A DNA stretch of 64,000 bases from contig JBGAIQ010000005.1 in NCBI GenBank assembly GCA_044225365.1, positions 21,287 to 85,286 of the forward strand. The letters are read 5' to 3'. This DNA is from Planctomycetota bacterium (GTDB lineage Bacteria; Planctomycetota; B15-G4; JADJEK01). Made by a program: the position numbers and the translations under genes. Numbering within the stretch: the first letter of the stretch is position 1; each line of letters begins with the position of its first letter. Below the pieces are notes generated by a model. It did no database searches, was not told where the DNA came from, and worked only from the letters and a program-made list of their open reading frames with translations. Shown piece by piece: positions 1-10,013 of the stretch.

Positions 1-989
1 TGGATTGCACGTTCTGCTTCCATCACGCCTGGCGCAAGAAGGTCTATGGCATCAACAAGGTCGAGTACACCCGCAAGCGCTCCGTCCAGCACATGATCGA
101 CGAGGCGCTGGCGGTGAAGGCGAAGTATCCCCTGCGCATGGCGCACTTCGTCGACGACATCTTCAATCTGAAGATGGAATGGCTCGAAGAGTTCGCCGAG
201 CGCTGGCCGAAGGAAGTCGGTTTGCCCTTCGACTGCATCCTCATGGCGAACATGGTGCAGGAGAAGCACATCCAGCTCCTCAAGAAGGCGGGCTGCATCT
301 ACGCCCGCATCGCGATCGAGGCAGCGAACGACCACATCCGCAATCAGGTCTACAAGAAGAACACGACGCGCCAACAGTTGTTGAATGCCGCGAACTGGAT
401 CAAGCAGTACGGCATCCGCGTCGGCTCACTGAACATGATCGGCGCGCCGGGTTCGACGATCGAGGACGAGTTCGAGACGCTGCAGCTCAACATCGACTGC
501 AAGATCGACCATCCGCTCGTGTCGCTGCTCCAGCCCTATCCGATGACGGACATCAACGAAATGACGTCCGAGATGGGATACGCGACGGACGCGTGGGACA
601 AGTTCAGCACCAAATTCAATCGCACGACTCCCATCAGCTTCCAGAACCGCCATGAATTCGAGAACTTCCACAAGCTGTTCCCGATCGCGGTGCGGAACGC
701 GTGGCTCGTGCCGCACATGAAGAAGTTGATCAAGCTGAAGTGGATGCACCCGGTCTTCACCGTGATGTACATGCTGCACTCGGAGATCCTCGTCTCCGAG
801 CAGAACAAGCTCTACAACGACGCGCAGGGCTTCACCGGGTTCTCGAACTGGTTCTGGGTCGACTTCACGAAGCGCGTCGCCGTGAAGGGCGTCATCCGCG
901 TCTACGAGACGATCTTCGGCAAGATCTCGGCCCGCCTCGCTGCGGCGCAGAAGATGGGCGACGAGCGCACCGTCGCTCACATGGACTGA
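1..989 (+). CDS. B12-binding/radical SAM domain protein, 5'-truncated at the window edge (reading frame enters at nt 3)
   Basis: The frame beginning at nt 3 translates DCTFCFHHAW..., which is the tail of a CxxxCxxC radical-SAM cluster motif. This is continuous with track ORF 93..989 (298 aa) and ends at a TGA at 987-989. Codon GC3 is high even though the gene is Lys/Asn-rich. Confidence 0.6.
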   Translation, partial: DCTFCFHHAWRKKVYGINKVEYTRKRSVQHMIDEALAVKAKYPLRMAHFVDDIFNLKMEWLEEFAERWPKEVGLPFDCILMANMVQEKHIQLLKKAGCIYARIAIEAANDHIRNQVYKKNTTRQQLLNAANWIKQYGIRVGSLNMIGAPGSTIEDEFETLQLNIDCKIDHPLVSLLQPYPMTDINEMTSEMGYATDAWDKFSTKFNRTTPISFQNRHEFENFHKLFPIAVRNAWLVPHMKKLIKLKWMHPVFTVMYMLHSEILVSEQNKLYNDAQGFTGFSNWFWVDFTKRVAVKGVIRVYETIFGKISARLAAAQKMGDERTVAHMD

Positions 990-1094
990 AGTCGTAACGA
1001 GCATCTCGCACTCGAAGCGGGCGGTGACCGGATCGACCGGTCGCCGCCCGTTTCGCTCGAATGCGGGCCCGTTCCCAGCGGCAGCGGGCAAAGT

Positions 1095-1131
1095 AACTCG
1101 GGCGCCCCGGTGGAGACGCGGCGCCCGAGTT
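1095..1131. terminator. GC-rich hairpin downstream of the radical SAM gene: 12-bp perfect inverted repeat AACTCGGGCGCC/GGCGCCCGAGTT with a 13-nt loop
   Basis: The inverted repeat is read directly from the sequence. It lies about 105 nt after the stop of the radical SAM gene and has no T-tract, as is common in high-GC genomes. Confidence 0.3.
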
Positions 1132-1339
1132 CGTTCACGAAAAGGGAGTCGGCGGAGCCGGGCGAGCGAGCGACGAGAAGACCGCCGCGCGCTTCGAACC
1201 GGCGCGCCATCGAACCCGAGCGATGCATGCTCCGTGCCATGCTGAGGCCGCGAGGTTTCGTCTCCCCAGCGGAGCTTCAGGGGCGTTTGCCGGCAGATGG
1301 ACCGCCTGCGAGACGAAGTGCGAAACGATTCTCCCCGCG

Positions 1340-1360
1340 GGTGGAAAACTGTTTTCCACC
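1340..1360. promoter_or_regulatory. Perfect 21-bp palindrome GGTGGAAAAC-T-GTTTTCCACC just beyond the 3' end of the sigma-54 regulator gene
   Basis: Read directly; the two arms are exact reverse complements. It is either a minus-strand terminator-like element for the regulator gene or a binding site for a dimeric protein. Confidence 0.3.
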
Positions 1361-1368
1361 GCATTCGA

Positions 1369-2832
<1,464 letters not shown>

Positions 2833-3041
2833 GAATCCGCTCTACCCCGACGTCGCTCGCGAATCCCGCGCATCGTGGCGAGGTCGCTGCCGTTCGTCGC
2901 TCCATGGCCGTCACCGAGAGGACGACTCTATCGCTCCTTCACGCCGATTCGACCCCACGTCCGCCAGCAGAAACGAAAAAGACGAGCGGATTCGACGGCC
3001 TCGAATCCGCTCCGTACCGCTCCTTGCCAAATCGCTCCGGC

Positions 3042-4745
3042 TCAGTCCGAGCTGACGACGAGGTCGAGTTCGTTGCTGAGCGCGACTCCGTGGGCGGCGG
3101 ACGGGTCGAGGACGGCGACCTGGAGATGCAGGGTCAGATCCGGTAGGTGCCCCAGGTTCTTTCCCGGCAGCGTCGCCTTACCAGAACCCGGGATCGCGAG
3201 CGATCCATGGAGCAGAACGGGGATCTGGAACGAGGGCTGAGAGAGATCGAGATGGAAACCGGGGAGGATGCCGGGAAGTTCGGCGGACGCGACGATGAGG
3301 ATCGCGGGCGCAGCCGCGAGCCCCTGCGAGATCTGGATCGCGTAACCCGAGTCGATGCACTCTCCCGAATCCCCCGTCAGCAGCGGAGTGATTCCGGATG
3401 AACCCACGATGCCGGGCGCGCCCGATTCGAACGTGCACCACCGATTGGCGACGAGGAAGACATCACCCTTCAAATTGGTGTCGCCCGGAACGAGGTTGTT
3501 CGCGAGGCTAAAGAACCCGAAGTAGCGCCCGTCCTCCGAAACAGCGGCGAGCACGCTGCTCCCGTTGCCCTGCACCCCTGCATTGCTCTTGCTCACTCTC
3601 TTGGTGGCGCCGAGAACCAGATCACGCACGTAGATGTCCTGGATCGGTCCATTCGCGTCGGTTCCGTCGAGGGTCGTGCCCTTGCTCTCGAAGAGCACGT
3701 AGCGACCGTCGTTCGAGACGACGGGGCGGATGCTGTCGCCATTGCTCTCCGTTCCATCCGTCGCGACGCTCACGCGCACGGTCGTCTGCGCGAGCATGTC
3801 GCGCAGAAAGCAGTCGCTCTTCGCATTCGAGTCGCCGGCGACGAGGTTCGTGGCGTTGCTGGAGAACGCGACGAAACGGCCGTCGCTCGAGATGAGGTCG
3901 ACGCCGTCCGACACCGAGGCGGCATTCCCGGCGACTCCCGCGGACGAGACGCTCACGATCTCGATCGCTCCCGTCGTGAGATCGGCGCGGAACATGTCGG
4001 AGATCGGTCCGTTCGCATCGTTCGCGACGAGATTCGTGGCGTTGCTGTAGAACGCGACGTAGCGGCCGTCGCCCGAGATCGCGGGAAGGCTGCTGCTGCC
4101 GTTCGCGAGCACTCCTCCCAGGCCGACGCTCACCCGCCGCGTCGTCTTCAGTTGTCGATCCCGCACGTAGATGTCGACGACGGGATTCTGCGTGATCGGC
4201 CCCGCCGCGAGGTTGTTCGCGTTCGACTGGAACACCACGAAGCGTCCGTCCGCCGAGATCGTCGGGAACGAGCAGGCACCGTTCGCGAATCCTTCGGAAT
4301 CCGTGAGGCTCGCCAGCTCCTTCGTCCCGAGGACCCGGTCGTAGACGAACACGTCCTGCAGTGGATTCGAATCGACCGCGACGATCGCCGAATCCCACGA
4401 CGAGAAGCAGACGAATCGACCGTCCGGGGTGATCGTCGGGCACGAGCTGAAGAAATCGCCGTTCAACGGCGAACCCGAGTAGGCGTCCGACAGGCACACG
4501 ATCGTCTGCTGATTGCGATCGAAGAGGAAGACGTCGTTCGAGATGCTGCCCGCTTGCCCCGGGGTGAGGTTGCTCGAGGCGCTGTCGAACACGATGTAGC
4601 GCCCGTCCGCGGACATGCTGACGATGCCACCGGCGTCCCCGTTGCCGTTGAGATTGGTGGGCCCGCCGGAGACTTTCGTGATCCCGGCGTGAACGAGGGG
4701 AAGCGATGCGAAACCGAGGACGACGATCGCGGCGAGAGTGCGCAT
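3042..4745 (-). CDS. Secreted PD40/TolB-like beta-propeller repeat protein with a conserved C-terminal module
   Basis: Starts at an internal ATG of track ORF 3042..4853. The signal peptide is MRTLAAIVVLGFASLPLVHAG. Seven repeats of DGR[YF]xxFxSxAxNL, typical of PD40 propeller blades, are present. The last roughly 120 aa match the C-termini of three other secreted proteins in the window. Confidence 0.7.
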   Translation of the reverse strand: MRTLAAIVVLGFASLPLVHAGITKVSGGPTNLNGNGDAGGIVSMSADGRYIVFDSASSNLTPGQAGSISNDVFLFDRNQQTIVCLSDAYSGSPLNGDFFSSCPTITPDGRFVCFSSWDSAIVAVDSNPLQDVFVYDRVLGTKELASLTDSEGFANGACSFPTISADGRFVVFQSNANNLAAGPITQNPVVDIYVRDRQLKTTRRVSVGLGGVLANGSSSLPAISGDGRYVAFYSNATNLVANDANGPISDMFRADLTTGAIEIVSVSSAGVAGNAASVSDGVDLISSDGRFVAFSSNATNLVAGDSNAKSDCFLRDMLAQTTVRVSVATDGTESNGDSIRPVVSNDGRYVLFESKGTTLDGTDANGPIQDIYVRDLVLGATKRVSKSNAGVQGNGSSVLAAVSEDGRYFGFFSLANNLVPGDTNLKGDVFLVANRWCTFESGAPGIVGSSGITPLLTGDSGECIDSGYAIQISQGLAAAPAILIVASAELPGILPGFHLDLSQPSFQIPVLLHGSLAIPGSGKATLPGKNLGHLPDLTLHLQVAVLDPSAAHGVALSNELDLVVSSD

Positions 4746-4859
4746 GGCACGGCTCCTACTTCGAGTTCGGGAACGATGGTTCCATCCCGTCGCCCTTCGA
4801 TTCGATGCCGAGAAAAAGCGCTTGGACCCAGGATTGAACCACGGAATCGGCATCGCCCG

Positions 4860-6020
4860 TCATCCGCTCATGGCCTGAGCGATCGAAGCCAAGGCCGACA
4901 CGATGGCGTCGACGTCGTCCTCGGTCGACGTCATCCCGAACGACGCGCGCACGGCGCCGCCCTCGAACGTCCCGATCGCGCGATGCGCGAGCGGCGCGCA
5001 GTGCAGACCGGCGCGCACCTCGATCCCGAATGCACTGTCGAGGACGAGTGCGAGCTCGTGCGGATCGAGCCCGGGAATGCGAAGCGGGAATACGGCCTCG
5101 CGCGCGCGCATCGACGTCGGCCCGAAGACCTCGACCCTTCCGACGGCACGAATCCGCTCGAGGAAGCGCTCGCCGAGCATCGCCTTGTGCGCGGCGATGG
5201 CGTCGATCCCGCGCGCGAGCAACACGTCGAGAGCCGCGTCGAGACCGGCGATCCCAGGCGTGTTCGCCGATCCCGATTCGTGGCGATCGGGCCAGCTCGA
5301 CGGCTGACGATCGTCCTCCGAATGCGTGCCCGTTCCGCCTTCGCGCACGGGCGCGAGATCGACGTGCGGCGCGACCCACAATGCTCCCGTTCCGAGCGGT
5401 CCGAGCAGCCCTTTGTGACCCGCGAATGCGACGAGATCGGCGCCGAGTTCGGCGGGATCCACGGCGCGTGTCCCCATGGTCTGCGCCGCGTCGACGAGCA
5501 CGAGCGCACCGACTCGATGCGCGAGCGCGGCGGCTTCGGCGACCGGTTGGATCGCGCCCGTCACGTTCGATGCGTGTTGGATCGCGAGCAGTCTCGTGCC
5601 CGGCACGAGCGCCGTGCGCAACTCCGAGAGTTGCACGACGCCCTCCGCATCCGCAGCGACTCGCACGACGACGCCGCCTCGAGTTTCGTGCGAGCGCAGC
5701 GGACGAAGCACCGAGTTGTGCTCCATCACCGTCGTGACCACGCGATCCCCAGGCTTCAAGATGCCGAGGAAGGCGAGATGCAACGCGTCCGTCGCGTTGA
5801 GCGTGAAGACGATCCGGTTGGGATCCTCGACGTGCAGCAGACGCGCGAGTTTGCCGCGAGCCTCCGCAACCACTCGCCCAGCCTCCACGGCGCGAGCCGA
5901 TGCCCCGCGCCCGGCCGCAACCCCCACATCGGTCAGATACCGGGTCATCGCCCGCGTGACCTCCTCCGGCTTCGGGAAGGATGTCGCGGCATGGTCGAGA
6001 TAACGTCGTGGCACGATCAT
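4860..6020 (-). CDS. Class V aminotransferase, cysteine desulfurase family (NifS/SufS/CsdA-like)
   Basis: 386 aa with an ATG start. The PLP-lysine motif AGHKGLLGPLGTG is present, and overall length and layout fit the class V aminotransferase fold. No suf or isc partner genes are adjacent. Confidence 0.75.
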   Translation of the reverse strand: MIVPRRYLDHAATSFPKPEEVTRAMTRYLTDVGVAAGRGASARAVEAGRVVAEARGKLARLLHVEDPNRIVFTLNATDALHLAFLGILKPGDRVVTTVMEHNSVLRPLRSHETRGGVVVRVAADAEGVVQLSELRTALVPGTRLLAIQHASNVTGAIQPVAEAAALAHRVGALVLVDAAQTMGTRAVDPAELGADLVAFAGHKGLLGPLGTGALWVAPHVDLAPVREGGTGTHSEDDRQPSSWPDRHESGSANTPGIAGLDAALDVLLARGIDAIAAHKAMLGERFLERIRAVGRVEVFGPTSMRAREAVFPLRIPGLDPHELALVLDSAFGIEVRAGLHCAPLAHRAIGTFEGGAVRASFGMTSTEDDVDAIVSALASIAQAMSG

Positions 6021-6184
6021 CGCGTTCCGGACTCCTGTCGTTCCGGTGACCTTCCAGTCGCAGGCGAACCTTCGAAATCGCAGCGCGCGAACTCGATGGC
6101 CGCCCTATACTCTTGCGAATCGCGATGACACCGGCCAGTCATCGGTCCCCACATTTCGCCATCGTATCCAACAGGACCCCACCC

Positions 6185-7693
6185 ATGTTGAAGTTCGCCC
6201 TCGGCCTCGCCGCGTCCATCGCGGCGCTCGCTTCTCCCACTGCCTCGGCCGCAGATTTCACTCTCTCGAAGGTCGGCGGCGGCATGTCGCAGCTCACCAC
6301 AATGAAGCTCGCCGGGGATCCGAATCTCCACTACATCCTCCTGTTCTCGATCAACGAAGCGACGACGCCGATCAATGCGCAGGTCACGCTCGAGATCCCG
6401 CTCACGTTCCTGAACCTCGCCGTCGCGATTCCCGGGTTTGCGGGAACCTTGAACGGTGCGGGCACCGCGAGCGCGTCGTTCATCATCCCGAACGATCCCG
6501 TCATCGATCCACTCACGATCTCCTTCCAGGCGATCGGCGGCGTGACCGGGATCGGGCAGGCCACGAACCTCGTGCGCGTCACTCCCGCCGCGCCGGGCAC
6601 CTTCGAAGCCACGCTCACCGACGCCACGCTGCCGGTCGCCGGCGGCGCGGTGGTCGAGAAGAGCGATTCGAGCGTCCTCCTCGTCGGCGGATCGGGACCG
6701 GTCTTCCAGAGCTACAACGGCAATCGCGAAGAGTTCGCGCTCGGCGGACCGGCGTTCGGCGTCGGTTTCCTCGGACAGTCGACCGCGCTCGCCGACGGCC
6801 GCATCCTCTTCACGGGCGGCATCGGCGCCGATGGGCAGCCGACGGATGCCGCGGCCATCTTCGATCCTGTCGCGCTCACCACGACGAATCTCACGATGAA
6901 CGCGAAGCGCGCGGGCCACGGCGCGTCGCTGATGAATGACGGTCGAATCCTGATCACCGGCGGCTTCTCCACGTTCACGCTGACCGACCTGCTCACGTTC
7001 CTCCAGGGCGTGCAAGGCTCGACCGAGATCTTCGATCCCAACACCAACGCGTTCTCGAACGGCCCTACGCTGCTCGAACCGCGCGCGCTCCATACCTCGA
7101 CGACGCTGACCAACGGACGTGTCCTCATCGCGGGCGGCCTCACGATCCTGCCAATCGTCAACATCCCGACGGTGTCGAACACGGCCTATGCGTACAACCC
7201 GTCGAGCAACTCCTTCGGCCTTCCGGCGTTCATGAACGGCGGTCGCATGCTGCAGACGGCCGTTCCGCTCACCAATGGCAAGGTCCTCCTCGTCGGTGGG
7301 CTCAACGTCGACTTCAGCCAGGTGCTCGCGACAGGTGACCTCACGCAGCTCGTCGTCGGCACATTGTCCGACTGCCAATTGTTCACCGTCGGATTCCTCG
7401 GACTCGGCACGTTCCAGACCGTCTCCGGAATGAGTTCGCCCCGTGCGGGCGCCGGCGTCGCGCAGTTGCCGAACGGCGAAGCACTGATCTGCGGCGGCTT
7501 CACTCTCGATCTGTCGGCGGCGACGATCGGAGTCACTCCGCTCGCCACGGCGGATCGCTACGCGAGCTCCGGAATCACCACCACGGGTTCGATGCTGAAC
7601 GCGCGGTCGTTCCCCGTCCTCGAGCCGCTCAACGACGGAACGGTCCTCGTCGTCGGCGGCGGTCCGCTCGGCAGCGAGATCTATCAGCCGTGA
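6185..7693 (+). CDS. Secreted Kelch-repeat beta-propeller protein
   Basis: Starts at an internal ATG of track ORF 6113..7693, giving the signal peptide MLKFALGLAASIAALASPTASA. Six repeats of GR[IV]L[IF]xGG / GKVLLVGG are typical of Kelch blades. Confidence 0.65.
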   Translation: MLKFALGLAASIAALASPTASAADFTLSKVGGGMSQLTTMKLAGDPNLHYILLFSINEATTPINAQVTLEIPLTFLNLAVAIPGFAGTLNGAGTASASFIIPNDPVIDPLTISFQAIGGVTGIGQATNLVRVTPAAPGTFEATLTDATLPVAGGAVVEKSDSSVLLVGGSGPVFQSYNGNREEFALGGPAFGVGFLGQSTALADGRILFTGGIGADGQPTDAAAIFDPVALTTTNLTMNAKRAGHGASLMNDGRILITGGFSTFTLTDLLTFLQGVQGSTEIFDPNTNAFSNGPTLLEPRALHTSTTLTNGRVLIAGGLTILPIVNIPTVSNTAYAYNPSSNSFGLPAFMNGGRMLQTAVPLTNGKVLLVGGLNVDFSQVLATGDLTQLVVGTLSDCQLFTVGFLGLGTFQTVSGMSSPRAGAGVAQLPNGEALICGGFTLDLSAATIGVTPLATADRYASSGITTTGSMLNARSFPVLEPLNDGTVLVVGGGPLGSEIYQP

Positions 7694-7722
7694 CCCCGCC
7701 CTGATTCCAATGGTGCGCAGGG

Positions 7723-7762
7723 AAGGAGCGGAGCGACGCCATCGAGCAACGCTCCGCTCCTT
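7723..7762. terminator. Hairpin (13-bp stem AAGGAGCGGAGCG/CGCTCCGCTCCTT, about 14-nt loop) between the Kelch gene and the BMC-P gene
   Basis: Read directly. It sits about 30 nt after the Kelch stop and is followed by TTCCATT. Confidence 0.35.
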
Positions 7763-7809
7763 CCATTGACGAGTGGCCAACGGCGGTGCCCCCCTCTACG
7801 ATCGGCGCC

Positions 7810-8127
7810 ATGTTCCTCGCCACCGTCATCGGGACCGTCGTCACGCCGATCCAGCATCCGTTCTACGACGGCAAGAAACTCATGCTCGTGAGGGCCGAGC
7901 GGCCGGACGATGGCAAGCCTTCGCACGAAGGCGTCGTTCTCGCGGTCGACCGCGTGGGCGCCGGGATCGGCGAGAAGGTCCTCGTCCTGAAAGAAGGCAG
8001 CAGCGCACGCTCTCTGTTCGAGAATGACCGCGCTCCGGTGCGAACGGTGATCGTCGGAATCGTCGACGAGGTCGAGGTCGAAGGCGAGAGGACGTTCTTC
8101 GCCGGGGATGGAGGCACAGCGCGATGA
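7810..8127 (+). CDS. Bacterial microcompartment vertex protein (BMC-P; EutN/CcmL/PduN family, PF03319-like)
   Basis: From the ATG the protein reads MFLATVIGTVV...GKKLMLV...DGKP...LAVDRVGAGIGEKVLVLKEGSSAR...PVRTVIVGIVDEV. This matches the EutN/PduN/CcmL pattern along its whole length of about 105 aa. The stop overlaps the aldolase ATG (ATGA). Confidence 0.8.
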   Translation: MFLATVIGTVVTPIQHPFYDGKKLMLVRAERPDDGKPSHEGVVLAVDRVGAGIGEKVLVLKEGSSARSLFENDRAPVRTVIVGIVDEVEVEGERTFFAGDGGTAR

Positions 8128-8849
8128 CGGGTACGGACGAGCGCTCGCTCCAAACGCTGAAGCGGCAGATCACGGAGATCGCGCGGTTGTGTTGGGACCG
8201 CGGCTACATCGGCGCGATCGACGGCAACATCTCCGTGAAGCTCGACGATGGGACTCTGCTCATCACGCCGTCGGGCACGATCAAGTTCCTCATCGAACCC
8301 GACATGATCGTGAGGACCGACGCGCAGGGCACGCCGCTCTCCGGCGGACGCGCCTCGACCGAGATCAAGATGCACGTCGCGTGCTACCAAGAGCGCCCCG
8401 ACATCCGCGCCGTGGTGCATGCGCACCCGCCCACCGCCGTCGCATTCTCGCTCGCGGGCCTCGACATGATGAAGGCCCTGATCCCCGAACTCATCGTCAC
8501 GCTCGGCGCGATCCCGACCGCACCGTACGGGACCCCCGGCACCGAAGAACTGCCCGATTCCGTGCGCGAGTACGTGCGTTGCTCCGACGCGATCATCATG
8601 GAGCGGCACGGGGCGCTCTGCCTCGGCAAGGATCTCCTCGACGCCTACAAGAAGCTGGAACAGATCGAGCACAACGCGAAGATCATCTACATGGCGCATA
8701 CGCTCGGTCGCGTTCGCGAATTGCCGCAACCGGAAGTCGAGAAACTCCTCGCGACGCGTTCGCAGCTCGGCATCAAGACGACGAACGTGTACTGCAATCA
8801 GTGCGGGCACGAAGTGAACGGCGGCACGTCCGAGCCGCATCGACCGTGA
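8124..8849 (+). CDS. Class II aldolase/adducin family protein (L-fuculose-/rhamnulose-1-phosphate aldolase-like) with a C-terminal extension of about 40 aa
   Basis: 241 aa with an ATG start. The sequence IGAIDGNISVKL...ITPSG...HVACYQERPDIRAVVHAHPP has the metal-binding His pattern of FucA/AraD-type class II aldolases. Translational coupling with the BMC-P gene is indicated by the ATGA overlap. Confidence 0.85.
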   Translation: MTGTDERSLQTLKRQITEIARLCWDRGYIGAIDGNISVKLDDGTLLITPSGTIKFLIEPDMIVRTDAQGTPLSGGRASTEIKMHVACYQERPDIRAVVHAHPPTAVAFSLAGLDMMKALIPELIVTLGAIPTAPYGTPGTEELPDSVREYVRCSDAIIMERHGALCLGKDLLDAYKKLEQIEHNAKIIYMAHTLGRVRELPQPEVEKLLATRSQLGIKTTNVYCNQCGHEVNGGTSEPHRP

Positions 8850-8873
8850 GTCGGACCACTCCGAAGGGCGGCT

Positions 8874-9998
8874 GTGCGGGATCCTGACCTACCGACGGTC
8901 GCGTTCGACGCGAGCTGCACCGCGAAGCGCGAGCGCACCGGCGTCGGTCGCTATGCGGCGTGTCTACTCGACGCGCTGTTCGCCCGCACGGACGATTCGC
9001 GATACACCTTGGGCTACCGCCTCTCGCGCTGGCGACGCGCCTCGTATCGCTACCGAGCGACGAGTTCGCGAGTCCGCGAGCGCTGGTTCATCGACCATCT
9101 CGCTCAAGCGATGCTCGGACCGCACGACGTCTTCCATGGGCTCGACGCGCGGCTCCCTCGCGGTTGGACCGGCCCGATGGTGGCGACACTGCACGACGTC
9201 GGCGCCGTCGAACGCGCGGAGATCGCGAGCGCGGGGTTCCGCGACAAGAAACTCGCCGCGTACTCCGATCTCGCGCAACGCGCGACCCGGATCATCTGCG
9301 TTTCCGATGCGACCCGCGAAGGGTTTCGCGCTCTCTTCCCGATCCCGGCCGATCGCTTCGCGGTGATCCATCACGGGCTCGAGCCGCGGTTCCGTCCCCC
9401 CAAGGCCGACGAACTGGCCCGACTCATCACGAAGCACCGCCTCCCGGCGCGCTACTTGTTGTTCGTGGGATTGATCTCGTCGCGCAAGAACCTCGTGCGC
9501 GCGGTCGAGGCGTTCTCACGGATCGCGGCCGACGACGCTTCGATCCACTTCGTCCTGGCCGGCGGCAACGCCCACGGATTCGACGACGTAGGGCACGCGA
9601 TCGCGTCGAGCGAGGCCCGTGATCGGATCCGGTTGTTCGGCTACGTCGATGACGCCGACCTCCCCGCGCTGTACGGCGCCGCTCGAGCGCTCATCTTCCC
9701 GGGGCTCGCGGAGGGCTTCGGCATGCCGATGCTCGAGGCGATGGCGTGCGGCACGCCCGTCCTCGCCGCGGATCGGCCGGTCACGCACGAGGTCGTCGGC
9801 GACGCGGCGCTCCTCGCGAACGGCGAAGACGAGGACTCGCTCGCGAATGCGATGAACGCGATCCTTTGCGACGAGGGTCTGCGAACGCGCCTCGTCGAGC
9901 GGGGTCTCGCGCGCGCCTCACGATTCAGTTGGGCGAATGCTGCGGAGGCCACTCTCGCCGTGTATCGTGCCGCCGTCGGACGACCCCAATTGGCTTGA
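8874..9998 (+). CDS. Glycosyltransferase family 4 (GT-B fold)
   Basis: 374 aa with a GTG start in the track. The C-terminal half carries the GT4 signature ...LFPGLAEGFGMPMLEAMACGTPVLAA... Confidence 0.75.
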   Translation: MRDPDLPTVAFDASCTAKRERTGVGRYAACLLDALFARTDDSRYTLGYRLSRWRRASYRYRATSSRVRERWFIDHLAQAMLGPHDVFHGLDARLPRGWTGPMVATLHDVGAVERAEIASAGFRDKKLAAYSDLAQRATRIICVSDATREGFRALFPIPADRFAVIHHGLEPRFRPPKADELARLITKHRLPARYLLFVGLISSRKNLVRAVEAFSRIAADDASIHFVLAGGNAHGFDDVGHAIASSEARDRIRLFGYVDDADLPALYGAARALIFPGLAEGFGMPMLEAMACGTPVLAADRPVTHEVVGDAALLANGEDEDSLANAMNAILCDEGLRTRLVERGLARASRFSWANAAEATLAVYRAAVGRPQLA

Positions 9999-10013
9999 GG
10001 CGGGCTTGAGGCC

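Noticed and set aside
1-989. Horizontal origin of the radical SAM gene based on its visibly lower GC.
   Set aside because: The lower GC is explained by a Lys/Asn/Phe-rich amino-acid composition. Third-position GC remains high, like the rest of the window.
7786-8127. Longer BMC-P reading frame from the GTG at 7786 (MPPSTIGAMFLATV...).
   Set aside because: EutN/CcmL proteins begin M-x3-4-[VI][IV]G[TK][VI]V. The internal ATG at 7810 reproduces that exactly, so the upstream GTG extension is unlikely.
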